Origin: an uncultured Phycisphaerales bacterium
GTDB lineage: Bacteria; Planctomycetota; Phycisphaerae; Tepidisphaerales; Tepidisphaeraceae
Direction of reading: 5' to 3'
Assembly (NCBI GenBank): GCA_963844715.1
Contig: CAWJPJ010000007.1
Location: 416,001-480,000 of the forward strand
Length of the DNA stretch: 64,000 nt
Shown: positions 56,202 to 64,000 of the stretch, piece after piece
Layout: every line of letters starts with the position of its first letter
Position numbering within the stretch: the first letter of the stretch is position 1
Notes under the pieces: generated by a model
The model's input: only the letters and a program-made list of their open reading frames with translations
Database searches by the model: none
What the model was told of the DNA's origin: nothing
Position numbers and translations under genes: made by a program

Positions 56202-58952
56202 GTGTCCAAAACGTTTTATATCATCGACGGTCATGCCCAGATTTACCGGGCCTATTTCGCGCCGTTTCGTGACTTATCGACGGCATCGGGGGAGCCGACG
56301 AAGGCGACCTACGTTTTCACGCAATGGCTGATGAATCTGGCCGAGACGCGAAAGCCGGATTATCTTGCCATGGCGATTGATTCGGGGGATGGGGCGGTAT
56401 TTCGGCGCAAGATATTCAAGGATTACAAGCAGAACCGGACGCCCCCGCCGGATGATTTTTTCCCGCAGGAGCGGCGGATTTTGCAGATCGTGGGGGACCT
56501 GGGGATTCCGATTTTTGCGCAGGTTGGATTCGAGGCGGACGATCTGATCGCCACGATGGTGAAGCGCCTGGCCGACGAGGACGTGGAGATTGCGCTGATC
56601 TCCAAGGACAAGGACCTGCGGCAGCTCATCGGGCCGCGGGTGCGGATGTACGATTTGCAGACGGACGCGTTTATCGACGCCAAGGCGATGCGCGAGAAAT
56701 GCGGGTTTGGCCCGGAACAATCGATCGAAGTGCAGACGCTGATGGGGGACGCGATCGATAACGTGCAGGGAATTCCCGGGGTCGGAGAAAAGACGGCGGC
56801 GAAGCTGATTTCGACTTATGGAACGGTCGAGAATCTGCTGCAGCATACGGCAGATTTGACGCCCAAGCTGAAGGAGAATCTGGAAACGTACGCCGATCGA
56901 TTGCCGATTTCGCGGCAACTGGTGACGCTGAAGAACGACGTGGAGATGGATTTCGATGCGGAAAAATGCGCGTTTCGCGGATTGAATGCGGCGGCGCTGC
57001 GGCCGCATTTGGAGCAGCTTGGATTTACGAGCCTGGTGAAGCGCTGGGGACGGCCGGAGTTCAGGCGGCGCCTGCGCCGGAGCAGGGTTTATTCGGGAAG
57101 ATGGACGAGGCGGCGCCGGCGGCGACGATTCACACTTCGCAGGATTGCGACTATCGGCTGGTGGATACGCCGGAGAAATTCAAATCCTTTCTGGCGGAGC
57201 TTAAGAAGCAGAAGCGGTTTGCGTTTGACACCGAGACCAATGCGCTGGGGGCGATGGCGTCGGATTTGATTGGGATGAGTTTTTCGTGGAAGCATGGGAC
57301 GGGATGGTACGTGCCGGTGCGCGGGCCGACGGGGTCGTCGCATTTGAGTCCAGAGGATGCGATTAAGGGGCTGCGGCCGATTCTGGAAGACGCGGGGGTG
57401 AAAAAAGTCGGGCACAATCTGAAATATGATCTTCTGGTGATGCGCGAGGCGGGGGTGAATGTGCGCGGGGTGGAACTGGACAGCATGATCGGGGCGTTTT
57501 TGCTCGACCCGAGCCGCATGCAATATGGGATTGACCGGCTGGCTTTGGAGTTTCTCAATTTTAGAAAAATACCCACGAGCGAATTGATCGGGTCGGGGAA
57601 ATCGCAGATTTCGATGGAGACGGTGGATTTGGCGAAAGTCGCGACGTACGCCGCGGAAGATGCGGATATTGCGATGCGATTGGCGGATTTGCTTTTGGAA
57701 AAGCTCAACGCGATTCCGACTTTGAAGAAGCTATGCGATGAACTGGAGACGCCGCTGATCGATGTGCTGGTGGAGATGGAAGGGAACGGGGTCGCGATCG
57801 ATCCTGCGATTTTGAAGGAACAAAGCGCGGTATTGGCGAGCGCGGATCGAGGAGCTGCGCGCGAAGATCATCGAGACGGCGGGGGCGGAATTCAATCCGG
57901 ATTCGCCGAAGCAACTTCAGGAGATTTTGTTCAATCGGCTGGGGCTACCGATCATTAAGCGGACCAAGACGGGGGCGAGCACGGATGTGGAGGTACTGGA
58001 GAAGCTGGCGGACAAGCACGCGACGCCGCGATTGATTTTGGAATATCGCGGGCTGTGCAAGCTGAAGAATACCTATCTGGATAATCTGACCGATTTTGTG
58101 AACGCGCGCACGGGGCGGATTCATGCCAGTTTCAACCAGATTGGGGCGGCGACGGGGCGACTGAGCTGTAGCGATCCGAATTTGCAGAACATCCCGATCC
58201 GCACGGATGAGGGGCGGCGGATTCGGCTCGCGTTTGTGCCGGGGGACCGGGAAAAGAACGTGCTGCTGACGGCGGATTACAGCCAGATCGAGCTGCGCAT
58301 CCTGGCGCATTTCACGCAGGAGCCGGCGCTGCTGGCGGCGTTCGCGGCGGATGAGGACATTCACCGGGCGGTAGCGGCGGAAGTGTTCGGCGTGGCGCTG
58401 GAAAAGGTCACGCGCGAGCAACGCGGGCAGGCGAAGACGATCAACTTCGGCATCATTTATGGCGTCACAGCGTATGGATTGGCGCGGCGGATCGAACAAC
58501 TCAGCGTTCAGTCGGCGCAGGAATTGATCAACGCTTATAACAAGCGATTTCCGTCCATTCAGAAATTTCTGGATCAGTGCGTGATGGAGGCGCAGTCGCA
58601 GGGGTACGTCGAGACGATACTGGGGCGGCGGCGGCCGATTCCGGAGATCAATGCGCATGTCGTCTCGGTGCGGAACGCGGGGGAGCGGATGGCGATTAAC
58701 AGCGTGGTGCAGGGGTCGGCGGCGGATTTGATCAAGGCGTCGATGAATCGAATTTATCGGCGATTGAAGGAAGAGAAGCGGCCTAGCCGGCTTTTGATGC
58801 AGGTGCATGATGAATTGGTTTTCGAGACACCGGCGGGGGCGGTGGAGGAAGAGGCGGAGATGGTGCGGGGGGAGATGACGAGTGCGCTGAAATTGTCGGT
58901 GCCGCTGAAGGTGGATATTGGGTGGGGGAAGAATTGGCAGGAAGTGAAATGA
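56202..58952 (+). CDS. polA: DNA polymerase I (indels at ~57048 and ~57840)
   Basis: 5'-3' exo FEADD, GIPGVGEKTA; 3'-5' exo FDTET, HNLKYD, YAAEDAD; pol ADYSQIELR, KTINFGIIYG, QVHDEL. Confidence 0.97.
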
Positions 58953-59096
58953 GTCGGCCTCCGCTTGGAAATATTTTTATGCGCTGGCTCAAATTCTCGG
59001 GGGACGTAGGAGGACGCGCCGACAAAACTTGACACTTTTGTGGCGATTGTGAGTTTGGGTTAAATGGGAATTGCAGGGGGGGATGACTTCTTTCCA

Positions 59097-59264
59097 TTTC
59101 ATTTGTCGTTCTTGTCTGGGATGGTGCCTTTCAAATTGGGTGCGGGTCGGCGCTCTTTTTAGATGCAAATGCAATGCGGGAGGGCGGGAAAACCATATAA
59201 GGCCCTCAAAAGTTTTTCCCGCCCTCCCGCACCCTCCCACCTTTTCCTTTTCCCCTCAACCGTC
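59097..59264. repeat. Dispersed intergenic repeat, copy B, with perfect 18-bp inverted repeat
   Basis: Arms tgcgggagggcgggaaaa (59175-59192) and ttttcccgccctcccgca (59214-59231); homologous to 11685-11859. Confidence 0.75.
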
Positions 59265-59461
59265 GCAATACGGCGACAAATAAAAATAAAAAAAGTTTCG
59301 GTCGCGTAAGTAAGTTTTCGGGCGGGAGATACGCGGGGCGCGGAAATTCTTGGTTGTTGAAAAGGGGGCGAAACCTTCAGGTGGGGGAACCCTATACAGC
59401 GGGCATTGGTTTTTTTCACACGGCGTGACGTCGCCCGTGCGCCCAATTATTGAGGTGAAAT

Positions 59462-60052
59462 ATGAGCGGACAAATTGTTTCAGAGGGCCAGATTCGGCAG
59501 GAAAACGAGTTGAATCGGGTGATGGAGGGGTTGGATGTCGGGCAGTCGATCGCGCTTCAAATCTTGATGAGTGGAGGGACGGTCACGGCGGCGGCGGCGG
59601 GGGCGGATGTTTCTCGGCAGGCGATCTATCTGTGGCTGGCCGCGGGGCATCCGTTCCGGGTGGCGCTGGACCTTTGGAAACGAGACCTGGCTCAGTGCGC
59701 GCGGACGCGACTGGTGATGATGACGGACCTGGCGACGAGCAATGTCGCGCTGGCGCTGAAACGCGGGGATACGCGGACGGCGCTGACCCTGCTGGAGAAA
59801 TTGGGGGTGCTGGCGCTGACGCCGGTGGGGGATGCGGTAGAGGAGGTGCGGCGTGAGCGGGTGGAGACGAAGGGGGGGATGGAAAGGGCGGATGGGGACA
59901 GTACGGCGGAATCGCTTGCGGAGGTGGGATTGTGGAACGAGGAATTCGGGGCGGCGCGGATGGCGCGGGATTCGGCTGAAGGGGAAGGATCGGTAGCGAG
60001 GTGTGAAGGTGTGAAAGTGCGAAAGTGTGAAGAGTCGACCGGTGAAAAGTGA
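59462..60052 (+). CDS. Helix-turn-helix protein (phBC6A51-like HTH)
   Basis: GGTVTAAAAGADVSRQAIYLW HTH; GAGGTG RBS. Confidence 0.7.
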   Translation: MSGQIVSEGQIRQENELNRVMEGLDVGQSIALQILMSGGTVTAAAAGADVSRQAIYLWLAAGHPFRVALDLWKRDLAQCARTRLVMMTDLATSNVALALKRGDTRTALTLLEKLGVLALTPVGDAVEEVRRERVETKGGMERADGDSTAESLAEVGLWNEEFGAARMARDSAEGEGSVARCEGVKVRKCEESTGEK

Positions 60053-60320
60053 CGTCGCAGGGACATTCGAGGGGTTGCACTTCTATCGGGGTCGGCGGGG
60101 GACGAGGAGATTCGAGTCGCTTGCGGGGTAGGCGTGGAGGAGGGGGATTCTGTGGCTGTGGTTGAGCCGGAAATTGGGGGAGGCTGGGTTGCGAGGCGGG
60201 GCGTGAGCGATTCTTGGGAATCGTTCATGTGCCGGTTTTTGTTTGTCGACGGGAAGGAGCTGGGTGCCGTTTAATCTCTGCGTTCAGCTGCCGTCGAATG
60301 GTTCAACGTGCCAATTTCCG

Positions 60321-60991
60321 TCAACAAGAACGTAAATTCGCGATACTGGAATTTCGGTTTGTTGGCGGAACAGACCCGCGAAGTCGCCTGGCAATATCCT
60401 TGCTGAGCCAGCCGACGAGACACCACGTCTGCTCACGAGCGCAATCGGTAAACACAATTTGCAGTTCTCCCCAGTACCGCTCGCCTCGATAGCTTAGCGT
60501 TTGAGGTGAGAAGCCGCGTGGATCCGTCGATACAAATTGCAGGCGTACCACGTCGGCAAATGGGATACGCTTATTCGCCCGCGGAAGATAAATGAACCTT
60601 TTGCAGCGATCCACTTCGACCCAAAGCGCCAGCAATCGACGACGAGCGCTCAAGAGCCCGGGAATGATCAATAATCCCATTATCAATAACCCCCAAACCG
60701 CAATCCGTACTACCGACGCTGTCAAAGTTGAATGTGCCTCGCTTGATCTCGTGGTAAATGCGATGGCGGAAATACAGCCAAGCGAAACGATGCAGATTCC
60801 AATGAACCGCACAAATAAGGGGCCCGGCTCAAGGCGGAGGAGGTCACCGCTTACCGTAATAGTGCCGGATTCCAGAACCCAGCACGATCAGATGGATAGG
60901 CGTATTCTCGATAGCCGCTGCTGCCAATGCGGAGCTGGGGGTCTGCATAAGGAATCTTGGGGACTTTCGATAACTCGCTGTCCTCTGCCAT
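60321..60991 (-). CDS. Hypothetical membrane protein (probable indel at ~60860-60900)
   Basis: Two TMs then a soluble tail; joins ORFs 60851-61045 and 60321-60812; visibly more AT-rich than neighbours. Confidence 0.45.
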
Positions 60992-61027
60992 AGAAACGAC
61001 TATATCCTCAGTAGGCTTGAAACGGGC

Positions 61028-61127
61028 GATTAAACAGGGACGCATCTAGTTGTTGACGATCGGCGTGTTCGGCGAGAGATTAAACCGGGACGCAGCTAGT
61101 TGTTGACGATCGGCGTATTCGGCGATA
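61028..61127 (+). repeat. Two tandem 50-bp units upstream of the RAYT-like gene, each with the IR motif
   Basis: 61028-61077 versus 61078-61127, 4 mismatches. Confidence 0.9.
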
Positions 61128-61138
61128 GGGTGGCGGCG

Positions 61139-61824
61139 ATGCCGCGTGGGAATCGGATTACGCCTGGGGGGTGGGTATATCACGTTCTGAATCGTTCAGC
61201 GGGGCGGATCGATTTGTTTGGGCGTGAGGCGGATTTCGCGGCGTTTGAGCGGGTGTTGATTGAGGCGCAGCAACGCCATCCACTGCGTCTGTTGAGTTAT
61301 TGTGTGATGTCGAATCACTGGCACTTCGTGGTTTGGCCGCAAACGGATCGGCAGGTGACGGATTTCTTTCGCTGGCTGACGCAGACGCACGCGATGCGCT
61401 GGCGGGTGTCGCACCGGACCGTGGGGTACGGCCATGTTTATCAAGGCCGATTTAAGAGCTTTCCCGTGCAGCAGGATTTTTACCTGCTGACGCTTTGCCG
61501 GTATGTGGAGCGCAATGCGCTGGCGGCTGGTCTGGTGGATCGGGCGGAGAAGTGGCGATGGTCCAGTCTCTGGACGCGTCTGAACGGCGACGAGAAGCAA
61601 AAGGCTTTGTTGTCGACGTGGCCGCTGGAGCCGCCGCGGAATTGGATCGAACTGGTGAATCGTCTGCTGGGGGAAAGCGACGTTAAGTCGGTTGAGGCGA
61701 GCCTTGAGCGCGACCGCCCGCTGGGCACGGTTGCGTGGATCGGCGCAGTGCGCGAAAGCTCGGGCTGGAACACACAACTCGGCGTGAGGGCCGACCAAAT
61801 AAGCGGCCGACCCGTACGCGATAA
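61139..61824 (+). CDS. REP-associated-type tyrosine (Y1/HUH) transposase (probable indel at ~61750)
   Basis: MPR..YHVLNR, YCVMSNHWH, QGRFKS, YVERN, AGLV..WRWSS; corrected tail RKLGLEHTTRREGRP ends at TAA 61822-61824. Confidence 0.88.
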
Positions 61825-62654
61825 CTAGGGCCTGTCTGATGAATCCAAAATCCTGAAATAGCGACGGATCATGGCGAGCTTGGCCATGGCCTGAAAGTTC
61901 ACCGCCAGTTTCTCGTAACGCGTGCCCAGGCGGCGATTCTCCTTCATCCAATTCACGCAACGCTCCACCACGTTCCGTCGGCGATACGCCTTGCGATCAA
62001 AGTTCTCCTGCGGCGGCTGATTCGATTTCGCCGGGATCACCGCTTGGATTCGGTGGCGACGCAGCCATCGCCGCACATTTCCGTAACTGTATCCCTTGTC
62101 GCCCGCCAGCCTCCTGGGGCGACGACGGCGGCGACCGATGCGCATCGCGTTCATCACCGGCTCCACGTACCGGCTCTCGTGGCATTGGCCGGCGCTGGCC
62201 TCGACGGCGAGCGGAACTCCCTGGCCGTCAGTAACCAGGTGGAGCTTGCTGCCCCACCCGCCTCGGCTGCGGCCCAACGCGTGATCCGCCGGTTCTTCCG
62301 GGGCGGTTTTGATTTTCTGGCTCCGGCGGCGGATCGACTGGCTCGCACATTGGTGCCGTCGATGCACCACAGGTCCCAGTCGATTCGTCCTTGCTTGTCC
62401 AACCTCATCTGCAGCCGCTGGAGGATTCGATCAATCGTTCCGTCCTTTCTCCAGCGGTTGAAGCGGTCGTAGACGCTTTGCCATCTGCCGTAACGTTCGG
62501 GCATCTCGCGCCATTGAGCGCCCGAGTGCAGAATCCAGAACATGCCGTTGAGCGTGGTGCGGTGGTCGTTCCACTGCCCGCCGCGCTTGCCGTTGCCGGG
62601 CAGCAGATCGCCGATCAACTCGTACTGCTCATCCGTGAGCTCATAACGTCGCAT
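61825..62654 (-). CDS. IS5-family transposase, two overlapping frames
   Basis: ORFs 62154-62663 and 61825-62370; the second part is uninterrupted in this copy. Confidence 0.92.
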
Positions 62655-62717
62655 CCGTGACACCTCGTCTGAAAACCGCTATTTATAACCAAAAGCGATT
62701 CATCAGACAGGCCCTAG
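61825..62717 (-). mobile_element. IS5-family insertion sequence, copy 2, including flanking CTAG
   Basis: Reverse complement of copy 1 minus one T; CTAG at 61825-61828 and 62714-62717. Confidence 0.95.
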
Positions 62718-62888
62718 CTGCGTCCCCGTTTATTTCTCCTCGTTTATTTCTCGCCGCGGTTTCGTTCGCGATTTCCACTCCAGTGCATTCCAACTACCAA
62801 CGCCAAATCAGAACGATGGATTCGATTAGCTTTTAGGACATGAAATGGAGGCATCAAACAAGGGCCCGGTGCGTCACTGTTCAGTCAG

Positions 62889-64000
62889 CTACATCGCCAA
62901 GCCGGGGGCGGGGAGGTTGTTTGTCTGGGGCGGTTGCATCAGGGAGAGGTAGCTGTTGCGATAGGCGGCGTAGCTGATGTAGGCCATGAGGGGGGCGATG
63001 AAGCCGCCTACGATTGGGATGAGTTGCAAAAATATCATTGCGATAAACAGTGCGCGGATGGCCCATCTAAGGATGAATCGTTTGCCTAGGGGGAGGTATT
63101 GGGCGAAGGGGAGGACGAGTTCCATTCTGTAGTAGACGCTGGCGACGATCAGGCCGAGGATGGGGACCAGGCTCATGAGGAAGCTGACGCCTAGGACGAT
63201 GGGGAGGCGCTGGGCGATGTAGTCGGCGTAGGCGGTGGTGAATTGGGGCTCGGCGTAGTGCGATGTGCCGCAGGAATGACAGGGGTCGAAGGCTTTTCTG
63301 GGTGGGCGGCGGGTGGCACAGGTCGCGCATCTTCGTTTTTCAGTGAGTCTAAACGGGTGATGGGCGGGGTCGGGGGTGATGAAGTCTTTGGATTGGCCTA
63401 GGAAGCCTATGGCGTGGGGATTGGGGTTGGGTTCTCGGCAACGGGGGCAGGCGAGGGGCGCTGGGGTAGATCAGGGTTTGGCACTTGGGGCAGGGGAATT
63501 TGGTTTTCTCTTCCGTGATCTCCAATCGCTTTCTGAGTAGGTACAGGACGGCGGTTGCGATTGCGATCAAAAGCAACATCAGCAAGGGGAGGAGGATGAG
63601 GAGGAGCGAGCCGAAGGCGACCCAGGCGTCTTCGAGCCAACTGAGGAGATGATCGAGGTGGGTGCCTTCGATGTGATCGAAGACAGCCAGGGCGACTTCC
63701 TTGCGGGCGACGCTGAGGCGCCAGGTGAGGAAGCCGGAAATGAAGGGGGTGAGAATGTCGGCGAAGCCGGCTTGTTGGGCGGTGTGGGCGGCGAAGTTGG
63801 CATCGGAGGCCTGGATGACGCCGAAGCTGGTGAGGATGGCCAGAGCGGGTTTGAGATAGATATCGAATTCGTGGAGGAGGTTTCTGGCCTCGGGATTTTT
63901 TTGGGCGAGCATTTCCAGGATCGAGAGGATTCCTAGGGCGACGATGCAATAGTCGCTGGTAAACCAGGCGGGGTGGTTTTGCTGGAGATGGGCGAGCAGG
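62889..64000 (-). CDS. Membrane protein, DUF4126-like with CxxC zinc ribbon (5' end outside window; indels)
   Basis: PAWFTSD..LEMLAQKNP, SWLED, CPKC, multiple TMs. Confidence 0.6.

Noticed and set aside
56202..58952. polA and other split genes as pseudogenes or programmed frameshifts
   Set aside because: Catalytic motifs are intact and indels are scattered across essential and accessory genes alike; sequencing error is more parsimonious.
59692..60228. Minus-strand Ser/Pro/Thr-rich ORF
   Set aside because: Mostly antisense to the HTH gene, low complexity, no recognisable domain.
61028..61127. 50-bp repeats as a CRISPR array
   Set aside because: Only two adjacent units, no unique spacers, no cas genes.

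Overview
GC-rich bacterial chromosomal window. Gene style suggests Planctomycetota, probably Phycisphaerae/Tepidisphaerales (inference only). Two inverted copies of one IS5-family element (75-968 and 61825-62717) bracket the window. From left to right it holds: a beta-class DNA methyltransferase plus XhoI/PaeR7I-family endonuclease; sucB/sucA; a Zn-finger/ASCH/GATase/membrane cluster; hisA; a short uvrC; ettA; a tandem pair of TPR-GT41 genes; a ~30 kb exosortase, VPLPA-CTERM and glycan locus (TPR protein, priming sugar transferase, Wzc-like, EpsI, exosortase, TagA-nucleotidyltransferase-like fusion, ~10 GT2/GT4, acetyltransferase, O-antigen-ligase/Wzy-like, Wzm/Wzt); a HEPN-TPR-SLOG gene; a coiled-coil/BRCT-like gene; an NMT1/SsuA-type ABC importer; polA; an HTH gene; and a RAYT/Y1 transposase with inverted repeats. 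Roughly 25 genes, including polA and sucA, are broken by single indels, most likely uncorrected sequencing errors, so several calls are reconstructed across frames. The best candidate for an undescribed system is the single-gene HEPN + TPR-S + SLOG protein (50229-52038), visible only after joining two frames. Next are the paired degenerate nucleotidyltransferase/LbH modules in the exosortase locus and the IR-flanked RAYT-like element. All domain calls come from reading motifs by eye; no database searches were run.
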